Below, in pieces: positions 50,770-61,700 of a stretch of 64,000 nucleotides of DNA. This DNA comes from Asterias rubens (lineage: Eukaryota): assembly GCF_902459465.1 (NCBI RefSeq), contig NW_022985698.1, positions 124,001-188,000 of the forward strand. The letters are read 5' to 3'. The translations under genes and the position numbers were made by a program. The notes beneath the pieces were generated by a model, which was given only the letters and a program-made list of their open reading frames with translations, did no database searches and was not told where the DNA came from. Each line of letters starts with the position of its first letter. Position 1 is the stretch's first letter.

Positions 50770-53700
50770 TTATTTTTCCTTGATTGGACAAAGAGCCCAT
50801 ATCATCAATACGGTAACAGTAAAACCAGCGAGAGCAATGAGTAAAACAACAACGACATTGATCTGTTTTGACTCTTCAACACACAAGGGCAGAGCGGAAG
50901 ACCATTGACCATCACCCTGACACCAGAGTGAGGCAGACCCCTGTTGGTAAAACCCTCCGTCACAGCTGACCCTAAGGGTGGAATTCTCCAAGTAAACTGA
51001 CCCATTTATTTTCCCATTCTCTACTTTCCCCGGAAATCCACAACTGACAATTTTAATGGAGTATATCTGTATAGTCTCCAAGATACCGGTTACCAGGAGG
51101 GTTTCGTTGGCAAACGACAGGCTACCAGTCGTCATGGCGTCGAAAATGCATTCAAATGACTCCCCACAGAGGTCCTTGATTTCTTGACTGATGAGATTTG
51201 GATCAGGAGTGACGAGATTTGGGGAGAATTCAGGGAATAGGTACGTTTTGTAGTCGTAAGGGGAAATGTATTTAAAAATGGAGTCTTCCTCGGCAAGTAA
51301 CCATTCCAACCCTAATTCGTGAACCTCATACATCGATGCATTAGTGTTTAATGAAGAGCTATTCAGATATTGTAAATCGTCATCCGGGTTTTCATTCATG
51401 TTACCCATCAGCCCATTAACTTGACCTTTGAACTTTGTGTCCAGTTGAGCAATAAAAGACATCACTTCTGGTTTGACGTAAACGATGAGAGCAACACCAG
51501 ATTTCAAAGCGATTTTGATCTCTGAGAAGTCTCGATTGAAGCTGATTCGAAGCCCCTTGTGGTATTGAACTGGAATCGGGCTGGAAGCCAGGAGTATCAT
51601 CTCACCATCTACAAGGATCATGGTCTGGTTCATGTTGGACCTCTGCACCTGCACCTTCGCGGAATCGTTGGTCTGAATGACGACTGCAGTATACACTGAC
51701 GCGTTGGTATCTCGGTAGACCTCCATACGGGCTTGGAATGTCAGGTTATGAAGAGTCGATGAAGCCATCAGGAACTCTCCAGCTCCGTTGAAGGTGAACC
51801 TCTTCCCGTCGAGACTCGTGATATGAGGGTCTCCTGTACCTCCAGCAGGTCGAGGAGGGACGTACTCAGAGCAGTCATCTGATGGTCGTTTGTCGTAATA
51901 CGCCTCACAGTTGTCGGACAGTTTGCAGCATCCGAGCCATGGCAAGACGTCATACCATTGATGGAACCAGAAATGATCTCCAGGTGCGTATCTATCGGCT
52001 GTTCCTCCTCCAGGGGAGCCAACCAGGATGTCTCCGTTATCATCATAGCAACACTGCTGACCTGAACCTATTGACGAGGATGTGGTCGACCTAAAGCAAT
52101 TTTTCGCCCCGGGGTGGAAAAAAGAATTGAAGAAGTTTGCTTTCACAAAGCCTACAGAATTCACATTTGCTTGATTTGAAGTACAGGGGCATGGATCTAA
52201 GCCAGAAGCAACATTATCCAACTGACGACTGAAAACTGAACATGGGATATTCAAAACTGAATTGATAACGAGCATTAACCCAGAATAGATTCTTAGAGCG
52301 TAAACATTGTCCCTTCGACGCCGCTGTTTGTATTGAGTGACATAAAACGCTACCAGAGAAGGTCCGTCACTTGTGGACTTGAAAACTGTTTTCAAGTCCT
52401 GGCCAAGAATATAAAGAGTGCCATCATTGACAACATTACTTTTCACAGCAACTCCTTCTATTAGAACTGGAAACCCATTAGTGTTGTAACTTGAAACTCG
52501 AACCATCACCGTTACTTGGGAAACGTCATCCCCGACTAATGTGCGATCCCAGGAAATTAAGATCGGGTCAGCTGAGTTGAGATCAATGACACGGCTACCG
52601 GCTTCTTGGGTCATCTGCTGGACAGTTACGAGTGGTGGAAGGTCTTCTTCTGATGGAATATAGACGACACCAGAGTATGGGAAGGTGCTACCACCATCTA
52701 GGGACACATAGACTGCTGTCAGACCATTCTTGTAGAAGGTAGGGGTAATGCATTCTAGAGTATAGCTGCCGGTTCGAACACCATCAACCACAACATCTCC
52801 AACACCTGTAGAGAATTTGCACTTTCGATCAACATTAACATCATTAATTTCTGGGGTGCATGGTACAGTGATACTGAACCTTTCTCCACCAAGCTCCCTC
52901 AGGAAGAATGGTGTGAAACTCAGATGCTGCTTGTTACTATTCAGGGACAAACCTGCAGCGTAACCGTATGTCTCAGCATACTCGTAACCATATACAATAA
53001 CAGACACTGGTGACGACTGACTGTCTACGTAATAAACGCCTTCCCCTCTAGGTACTTGGATAGTAATTGAGATGTAGTCAGATTCAGGAACATCGTGCTC
53101 ATCTATGGATAGGATGCCGTCAGTAACGCTGATTGGGGCGTCGTTCAGGTAGACAGTTTGACGTGCATCTCTTTTCACGACAATGGTGATGAAATTAAAG
53201 AAACCCTCTTCATTACCTCCAGAATAAGGAGGCGTCGTAAACCCAAACCTAGACCCAAACTGCTCTACAGCCGGTACCTGTATCAGGGAAGGATCGACAG
53301 GAACGCCGTTAATTGTCGCTAGTTGCTGCATCATCAGAATCGGCCTGGTTGAGGTAACTAAACCAGAGCCAGGTAGAATTCCTTCCCATGAGTCTCCTGC
53401 ATTTAATGTTAGAGTCCCAAGACCCGGGATTGAAACATTAGTTCCTGGAAAGTAGGAAACAATGTAGTATTGGTTGGTGTCTGTAGATCGGGATGCGGTG
53501 TAAATGTGCTCCTGCCCCCAACTCTTAACGGGTACCAGCTGCTCCGTTAGAGTATCACATGCAGGTTGCATGTCAAGGTTTCTTTCACATTCGCTGCCAC
53601 TGAACACTGCAACTGGTTTGTCAGCTTGAATGATGCTCCCGGTTAAGTCATCCGCACTTTGGATCTGCACGGCTTCTTGGTAACTTAACGTAAAACTCAG

Positions 53701-54297
53701 CATGTCACCTCGGCTGTATGACCTTCCTTCAAATGTTGCAGTTCCTTGCATTGTCACTTGAACGTTGGTGGAGTCTGTGTCAGTTCCAATGATGGCAAAA
53801 TGGCCAGGACGGGTACCTGTTGGCGTTACCACAACGTACTGCATACCAAGACTGTTCGTTGGAATACCTAGAAAGGCGTCCGTTGAATGATCGTGATACA
53901 TTAAACCGTATGCAGAGACCTCGTTTGTCGCAGATATATCGATGGATTTGAAGCTTCTTTCAGTGCCAGTCATTGTCAGTTCCACTGGCACTCTCACTTG
54001 CTTAAATCCCTTTTTATCTACATCAAAGGTTTTTGTGAAGGGCCTGCCACCAACTTGATGTTTACTGCTTATGGTTACACGTGTGGTTTGCTGATTGTTG
54101 GAGGGAACCACAAAAATAAACAGCTTTCTGCTTGTGTATTTTGCTTGGGCGTTATCAGTAAAGCCAACGATGAAGTGTGTACCTGTAGATATCCCACTGC
54201 AACCTGGCGCAATAGGTGTGAGTTGACCTTGAGCTTGGCCGTGTAAGAGTGCAAGTATGGTGACCAACCAGACACAACGACTCACCACGCTCTTCAT
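50770..54297 (-). CDS. Single-exon type I membrane protein, 1175 aa: signal peptide, IgGFc-binding N-terminal domain, TIG/IPT-like, AMOP, VWD (GDPH), Sushi, TM (SUSD2/Mesh-like), copy 1
   Basis: Uninterrupted 3.5 kb ORF with GTHFIVGF/DLTGSIIQADKPVAVFSG/CDTLTEQL (FCGBP N-term), CPCT..GQQCCYD..G (AMOP), GDPHITSLDG..FTFNG (VWD), CGFPG..C..G..C..GQWS..P.C (Sushi) and a hydrophobic C-terminal helix. Confidence 0.93.
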   Translation of the reverse strand: MKSVVSRCVWLVTILALLHGQAQGQLTPIAPGCSGISTGTHFIVGFTDNAQAKYTSRKLFIFVVPSNNQQTTRVTISSKHQVGGRPFTKTFDVDKKGFKQVRVPVELTMTGTERSFKSIDISATNEVSAYGLMYHDHSTDAFLGIPTNSLGMQYVVVTPTGTRPGHFAIIGTDTDSTNVQVTMQGTATFEGRSYSRGDMLSFTLSYQEAVQIQSADDLTGSIIQADKPVAVFSGSECERNLDMQPACDTLTEQLVPVKSWGQEHIYTASRSTDTNQYYIVSYFPGTNVSIPGLGTLTLNAGDSWEGILPGSGLVTSTRPILMMQQLATINGVPVDPSLIQVPAVEQFGSRFGFTTPPYSGGNEEGFFNFITIVVKRDARQTVYLNDAPISVTDGILSIDEHDVPESDYISITIQVPRGEGVYYVDSQSSPVSVIVYGYEYAETYGYAAGLSLNSNKQHLSFTPFFLRELGGERFSITVPCTPEINDVNVDRKCKFSTGVGDVVVDGVRTGSYTLECITPTFYKNGLTAVYVSLDGGSTFPYSGVVYIPSEEDLPPLVTVQQMTQEAGSRVIDLNSADPILISWDRTLVGDDVSQVTVMVRVSSYNTNGFPVLIEGVAVKSNVVNDGTLYILGQDLKTVFKSTSDGPSLVAFYVTQYKQRRRRDNVYALRIYSGLMLVINSVLNIPCSVFSRQLDNVASGLDPCPCTSNQANVNSVGFVKANFFNSFFHPGAKNCFRSTTSSSIGSGQQCCYDDNGDILVGSPGGGTADRYAPGDHFWFHQWYDVLPWLGCCKLSDNCEAYYDKRPSDDCSEYVPPRPAGGTGDPHITSLDGKRFTFNGAGEFLMASSTLHNLTFQARMEVYRDTNASVYTAVVIQTNDSAKVQVQRSNMNQTMILVDGEMILLASSPIPVQYHKGLRISFNRDFSEIKIALKSGVALIVYVKPEVMSFIAQLDTKFKGQVNGLMGNMNENPDDDLQYLNSSSLNTNASMYEVHELGLEWLLAEEDSIFKYISPYDYKTYLFPEFSPNLVTPDPNLISQEIKDLCGESFECIFDAMTTGSLSFANETLLVTGILETIQIYSIKIVSCGFPGKVENGKINGSVYLENSTLRVSCDGGFYQQGSASLWCQGDGQWSSALPLCVEESKQINVVVVLLIALAGFTVTVLMIWALCPIKEK

Positions 54298-54305
54298 TTT
54301 GTAAA

Positions 54306-54911
54306 CTGAATAGAAAGTGTAAAGATATAAAGCATCAGTATACAGGAAAAAATAACTTCATTTTGCCACAATTGCATTTTTTCAAGTTTTAAGTGTGTAC
54401 TAAAATGATCCATGCATTTTGTGTGTTATGACATAGCAGCGTACTGCTTGTGTTACTAAGTGAAACAAACGTTGACACTCAAAACTCCGGTGTTAGGTTT
54501 GACCCGGTTCTTGGTTTCACGTGGGTTTGACCCATACATAGATCAACGTGACCCTGAATCTGTGTCATAATGGCTCAGATGTGGGTCAAACTGGCCCAGT
54601 ATCTATAGTTCAAATCTTAAACCAGTTACCGGATCAGCCTGAACAAGAACTGGGTCGAGCCCCGGGACCCATGATCCGGATCAAAGCTGACCCGGGGTCG
54701 AATTCACTTAGAACTAGTACTAACTTAGGACTAGCCCTATATTAAAAACGTAAGGCTAGTCCTAAGTTCAGACGCTATAAAATATATGGTATTTTTCATA
54801 ATTTTCCGTCAAAAGACTCATACGGCTGATTGCCTTTGCATGAACCATCCAAACATGCGTTGTCAGTGGTAGGAACTTGCTTGTTATTGGAACCTCTCAC
54901 AGGATTCATAC
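54306..54911 (-). other. Putative 5' UTR intron of copy 1 (homologue in copy 2 at 62322-63538)
   Basis: ttcAG acceptor 8 nt before the ATG in both copies; GAG|GTATGA donor conserved in a duplicated block (54911 and 63538). Confidence 0.5.
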
Positions 54912-55785
54912 CTCTGATTGACTTGTGTGCAAAGTAGTTTGCTTTATTTTAATGAAAACATTTCGGCAAATGGGCAGCCAATTCATCACGCTATTCATTT
55001 TCGCGCGAAATCGAATGCTACTGAAAATGGTAATTCGATTTAGTTATATGATGCGTCAAATTCGATTAGTTTTAACAAAATGACCAGTTTAATAATTCAT
55101 CAAAGCAGCATTCAAAGTCTCAGGAGCTTCTTGCTTGAGGCGTGTGTTTTTAGTCATTCAATTTAATTTTGGGGCAGCCATTTTTTGAATAGTTTATGTG
55201 CAACCTTAAAAACAACCGCCTGATGAGTTGTGTAGAAAAAAACATCATAAACATAAACAATCATATAAAATAAAAAACTATAAGAAACACCCCTTTTCAA
55301 ACACAATTAAAAATTAGGTTTAGGTCTTGGTCAATTAACCAATAGATCCCCCAAATAAAAGGTCAGTTAGTTGATAAAGACCCCCCCCCCCCCACATCCC
55401 CACTTCCCAATATAGAGCAATACCAAAAAAATACAGAGGAAAAACCATCATAGGGCCCCATGTAAAGTCTACTGTAAACGTAAACAAAGGAAATAAGCCT
55501 GGTCTGAACTAAAGTGAAGAGAAATCTATTTGCAGAGAAATCTGACCCGTACTTGCCCAGTACTGTTCGGGTAATTCTGCTGCTGGCGGCGAATTGAATA
55601 TATCTTAATAAACTAGTCTTGAAGTCATAAAATGTGTGTGCAACAAGGGTGCATTTCTGTCACATTTTCTTGCAACTTCGATGACAAACTGTAAGCCCAA
55701 ATTTTCACATTTTGTTATTTTATGCATACGTTTGAATATCGCCAAGTGAGAATAATGGTCTTTGACAAAATACCAAACGGGTCCA

Positions 55786-55942
55786 GGGGTCGATTTCACA
55801 AAGAGTTAGGATTAGTCTTAACTTAGGACTAGTCCTAGGAGATATACAAAAAAACCTAAAGGTTATGTCCTAAGTTAGGATGAGTCACTCGTCCTAGCTC
55901 CAGATAAGACTAGTCTTAATTCTTTGTGAAATCCGGCCCAGT
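55786..55942. mobile_element. Foldback MITE (gtcgatttcacaaagagttagga family)
   Basis: gggtcgatttcacaaagag ... ttctttgtgaaatccggccc inverted ends; related pieces at ~5680-5830, 54690-54780 and 63155-63280. Confidence 0.65.
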
Positions 55943-55987
55943 TACTCTTAATGTATTTTTCAAGTAGGTTGTAAACAGTGAAATAAC

Positions 55988-56111
55988 CTGCAGCCGATTT
56001 CACGAAACTTTACGCAACTACCTACATAAGTCCACTTGCGCAACCCCACGCCATAAACGCTGCGCAAGTGGACTTACGCAGTTGCGTAAAGTTTCGTGAA
56101 ATCGGCTGCAG
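55988..56111. repeat. Near-perfect hairpin (short foldback element)
   Basis: ctgcagccgatttcacgaaactttacgcaact ... agttgcgtaaagtttcgtgaaatcggctgcag. Confidence 0.85.
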
Positions 56112-58043
56112 ATCTATTAAGTAATGTTACCTGATATTATGACGACTTTGCACCGCATCGTTGGAGCTTAAACATGCAATGTTTCCAAGTGAAGTATACA
56201 GTGAGTTATGACGACACCTTCCAAACATGCCCCCGTTGTATTTCAGGCCTTTTCAATCTGGTGATATGTTTAGGTTTTTAATAGAAGTATTCAAATCTCA
56301 TGAAAAGGGGTTTTGACGCGTACCGAGTTCTTTGATAACTCTTCATGTAAACACCCACATTTTCACCCATTGCTCAACGTCAAGGTGAAGTCCCTTTCTA
56401 TTGTAAAGTTAACGGCTCATCGCACGCGATTTCACAATGTGCAAGGCTAGGCAAATTTTGAAGAAAAAAATGGTGCATAGTGTTTATCTTTTCTTAAAGG
56501 CACTGGACACATTGGTAATTACTCAAAACAATTGGTAGCATAAAAACTAACTTGGTAACGAGCCGTGGAGAGCTGTTGGTGGTATAAAACTATTCGAGAA
56601 CACAATTTTGTGATCATACTTATGTCTAATTTGTATCCTTTTGCACACAATGGTAGTTTTTTACTTGTAAATCGTTTTTCACAAAAAATGGTGCAGTGGC
56701 TAATTTCAAACGGGAGTAACTCGGCAACGCGATACACCCAAAGCTTAGACACATACCAAATTACTGCTGCTGATGGGTTCTTTCCAGCCATGCATATAAC
56801 TCAATTCCTGAAATTGCCTACATCTGACTCATTTTCACAGAGTGGGTCACAAATATGATTACAAATTTTGCATGACATAATGAACAAATTAAAACGCTCA
56901 TTGACCGATAAACTCCAAACGGGAAATCGTTTTGATAATTATTTCAAAGAAAGAAAAGGAATACATTTTGTTATAGTCAAGAGAAGCTTAAAATCTTCAC
57001 CCCTTATACGGTAAAGCGCTACATGGGTCGTGTTCATTCGGACGTGATTGGCAATATAAAAAAAAACATCCTTTTCCGTGTTAATTTTGATTCAATGTAT
57101 TATTTTACATTTTTTCTAATATACTAATTTTCTTTAGTTTGGTATAAACAGAATTTAAAAAAAGATGAATTTAACTTCATTATAGAGAATAGCATTCGTT
57201 TGAGTTATTTTATCGTATTCACGTACTTAAAAACTTACTCATTAAAAACAGCCAAAAAGTCTAATCGTAATGATTTTCATTAAAACTGCTTATTTACAGC
57301 ACATACAAAAATACAAGCAATTTCAAATACAAAGCCTACAATATACCATGGTCATAATATTTCCATTTAGAGTTACGCTTAATTTTTCAATAGATTGAGT
57401 GATGACTGTTCTCAATAACAAACATGACTGTAATAAAATCAACCATAAATGTATAACAACCTTAAATGTAATAAAATCAACCATGCCATGGTTTTCTTAG
57501 TGCTAACTGATAGTGATAAGTCACATTCTGAAATTATAAACATACATTATTACAATTTAAGGCACATTGCGGTCACAGGGTCTGGTCGGGTTTGAATTAG
57601 TATAACAAAACCAAGAAGTTATCACCTGTCCATTAACAACAAAAAACAAGGCTAACCTTTTTTTCATATTATTAGGCCTATTTAAAAGGTTTCAAAATGA
57701 TGAATAATGTTTTAGTGTGTTCATGTAGCTTTTTGTATTTTTCGATCATAACCCTTGAATTGGATATTTAGCCTTCCCCCAACTTCAACACGTGTGATCT
57801 TAACCTTATATAACGCATACTTGACAGCGTTTACTCATGTAGACCAATAAAACAGACTTAGTTTGTAGATGTCGACGCCTTGATGTATAAGAGATAAAAC
57901 AACGACACATTGCTGAGCCAATGATTTGTATTTTATCCCCATGAGAGGGCGACTATTCCAGTGAGGTCATGTGCACAATGACTGTGTCTGAACAGCAAGC
58001 CGTGTCCGAATGTCGGCAACAGTTACGGCTGAATCACCACGTC

Positions 58044-58380
58044 CTAAAGGAACACGTTGCCTTGGATCGGACGAGTTGGTCTATAAAAAGCATTTGTAAC
58101 CGTTCGTTATAAAATGCATATGGTTAGAAAGATGTTTTAAAAGTAGAATACAATGATCCACACAAAGATGCCTCGAAATTGTACGGTTTTCCTTTTACCT
58201 CGTTGACTAACACGGTCGGCCATTTATCGGAGTCAAAGTTTTTACTCCCATAAATGGCCGACCGTGTTAGTTCGCAGAGTAAAAAGAAAACCACACAATT
58301 TCAAGGCAAATTTGTGTGTATCATTGTATTCTACTTTAAAAACACCTTTCTAACCATATGCATTTTATAACAGACGGTTA
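58044..58380. mobile_element. Family B palindromic MITE, right end truncated
   Basis: Clear homology to 10046-10435. Confidence 0.85.
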
Positions 58381-58752
58381 TCGCACGGCAACGACCCTGC
58401 AAGGCAACGACCCTGAACGAGTCACTACTCTTTTATTCCCATTCACAAATGCTCTTTTGTTAAAAAACGTTAAACAAATAAAGTTATTGACACTTAAACA
58501 ATTGAAAATTCGAGGTTTGAATTGTTTTTGTTTTTTTCAATTTTTTTTATATTTATTTATGTATTTATGAATGTTATTTTATAACCACAAACGAACACAC
58601 ACTGATTACAAACGTTGATTCAACGTTTTTATTTCACCGTAATATAACATTAACCTTTCTAACACTAAATTAACGTTTGAGCAACGTTAGTATATTACCA
58701 ATAAGCAATAGTAACCAAAAATCAACCCTGCTAACCAAATGTAAACGTTGAT

Positions 58753-61700
58753 TCAACGTTCGCATTCGACCTGGGTAGGCTTACATGTTTTTTTTACGTG
58801 AAGAATGGCCCATATCAACAAAACAGCCATGACGGTAGCAGTACAACTAGCGAGAGCAATGAGTAAAACAACTGCGACCTTGATTGGTTCTGCAACACAC
58901 ACAGGCAGATCGGAAGACCATTGACCATCACCCTGACACCAGAGTGAGGCAGACCCCTGTTGGTAAAACCCTCCGTCACAGCTGACCCTTAGGGTGGAAT
59001 TCTCCAAGTAAACTGACCCATTTATTTTCCCATTCTCTACTTTCCCCGGAAATCCACAAGTGACAATTTTAATGGAGGACATCAACTGTATAGTCTCTAA
59101 GATACCGGTTACCAGGAGGGTTTCGTTGGCAAACGACAGGCTACCAGTCGTCATGGCGTCGAAAATGCATTCAAATGACTCCCCACAGAGGTCCTTGATT
59201 TCTTGACTGATTAGATTTGGATCAGGAGTGACGAGATTTGGGGAGAATTTAGGGAATAGGTACGTTTTGTAGTCGTAAGGGGAAATGTAGGTGAAAATGG
59301 AGTCTTCCTCGGCAACTAACCACTCCAACCCTAATTCATGAATCTCATACAGCGATGCATTAGTGTTTAATGAAGAGCCATTCAGATATTGTAAATCGTC
59401 ATCCGGGTCTTCATTCATATTACCCATCAGCCCATTAACTTGACCTTTGAACTTTGTGTCCAGTTGAGCAATAAAAGACATCACTTCTGGTTTGACGTAA
59501 ACGATGACAGCAACACCAGATTTCAAAGCGATTTTGATCTCTGATAAGTCTCGATTGAAGCTGATTCGAAGGCCCGTGTGGTATTGAACTGGAATTGGGC
59601 TGGAATCCTTGAGTATCGTTTCACCATCTACAAGGATCATGGTCTGGTTCATGTTGGACCTCTGCACCTGCACCTTCGCGGAATCGTTGGTCTGAATGAC
59701 GACTGCAGTATACACTGATGCTTTGGTATCTCGGTAGACTTCCATACGGGCTTGGAAGGTCAGGTTATGAAGAACCGATGAAGCCATCAGGAACTCTCCA
59801 GCTCCGTTGAAGGTGAACCTCTTCCCGTCGAGACTCGTGATATGAGGGTCTCCGGTACCTCCAGCAGGTCGAGGAGGGACGTACTCAGAGCAATCATCTG
59901 ATGGTCGTTTGTCGTAATACGCCTCACAGTTGTCGGACAGTTTGCAGCATCCGAGCCATGGCAAGACGTCATACCATTGATGGAGCCAGAAATGATCCCC
60001 AGGTGCGAATCTATCGGCTGTTCCTCCTCCAGGGGAGCCGACCAGGATGTCTCCATTATCACCATAGCAACACTGCTGACCTGAACCTGTTGACGAGGAT
60101 GTGGTCGACCTAAAGCAGTTCTTCGCCCCGGGGTGGAAAAAGGAATTGAAGAAGTTTGCTTCCACAAAGTTTAGCGAATTCACATTTGCTTGATTTGAAG
60201 TACAGGGGCATGGATCTAAGCCAGAAGCAACATCATCCAACTGACGACTGAAAACTGAACATGGGATATTTGCAACTGATTTGATTACGTGCATTAACCC
60301 AGAATAGATTCTTAGAGCGTAAACGTTGTCCCTTCGACGCCGCTGTTTGTATTGAGTGACATAAAACGCTACAAGAGAAGGTTCGTCACTTGTGGGATTG
60401 ATTACTGTTTTCAAGTCCAGGCCAGGAATATGAAGAGTGCCATTGTTGACAACATTACTTTTCACAGCAACTCCTTCCATTAGAACTGGAAACCCATCAG
60501 TGTTGTAACTTGAAACTCGAACCATCACCGTTACTTGGGAAACGTCATCCCCGACTAATGTGCGATCCCAGGAAATTAAGATTGGGTCAGCTGAGTTGAG
60601 ATCAACGACACGGCTACTGGCTTCTTGGTTCATCTGCTGGACAGTAACGAGTGGTGGAAGGTCTTCTTCTGATGGAATATAAACGACACCAGAGTATGGG
60701 AAGGTGCTACCACCATCTAGGGATACATAGACTGCTGTCAGACCATTCTTGTAGAAGGCAGGGGTAATGCATTCAAGAGTATAGCTGCCGGTTCGAACAC
60801 CATCAACCACAACATCTCCAACACCTGTAGAGAATTTGCACTTTCGATCATTACTAACATCGTTACTTCCTTGGACGCAAGGTACAGTGATACTGAACCT
60901 TTCTCTACCAAGCTCCCTCAGGAAGTATGGTGTGAAACTCAGATGCTGCTTGTTACTATTCAGGGACAAACCTGCAGCGTAACCGTATGTCTCAGCATAC
61001 TCGAAACCATATACAATAACAGACACTGGTGACGACTGACTGTCTACGTAATAAACGCCTTCCCCTCTAGGTACTTGGATAGTAATTGAGATGTAGTCAG
61101 ATTCAGGAACATCGTGCTCATCTATGGGTAGGATGCCGTCAGTAACGCTGATTGGGGCGTCGTTCAGGTAGACAGTTTGACGTGCATCTCTTTTCACGAC
61201 AATGGTGATGAAATTAAAGAAACCCTCTTCATTACCTCCAGAATAAGGAGGCGTCGTAAACCCAAACCTAGACCCAAACTGCTCTACAGCCGGTACCTGT
61301 ATCAGGGAAGGATCGACAGGAACGCCGTTAATTGTCGCTAGTTGCTGCATCATCAGAATCGGCCTGGTTGAGGTAACTAAACCAGAGCCAGGTAGAATTC
61401 CTTCCCATGAGTCTCCTGCATTTAATGTTAGAGTCCCAAGACCCGGGATTGAAACATTAGTTCCTGGAAAGTAGGAAACAATGTAGTATTGGTTGGTGTC
61501 TGTAGATCGGGATGCGGTGTAAATGTGCTCCTGCCCCCAACTCTTAACGGGTACCAGCTGCTCCGTTAGCGTATCGCAATAAGAGCCAGGGTTGTTTTCA
61601 CATTCGCTGCCACTGAACACTGCAACTGGTTTGTCAGCTTGAATGATGCTCCCGGTTAAGTCATCCGCACTTTGTATCTGCACGGCTTCTTGGTAACTTA

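Noticed and set aside
51768-60167. Shadow ORFs within the receptor genes (51768-52046, 51882-52094, 59787-60167, 59901-60113)
   Set aside because: They are alternative-frame or antisense by-products of the long CDS, repeated only because the gene is duplicated.
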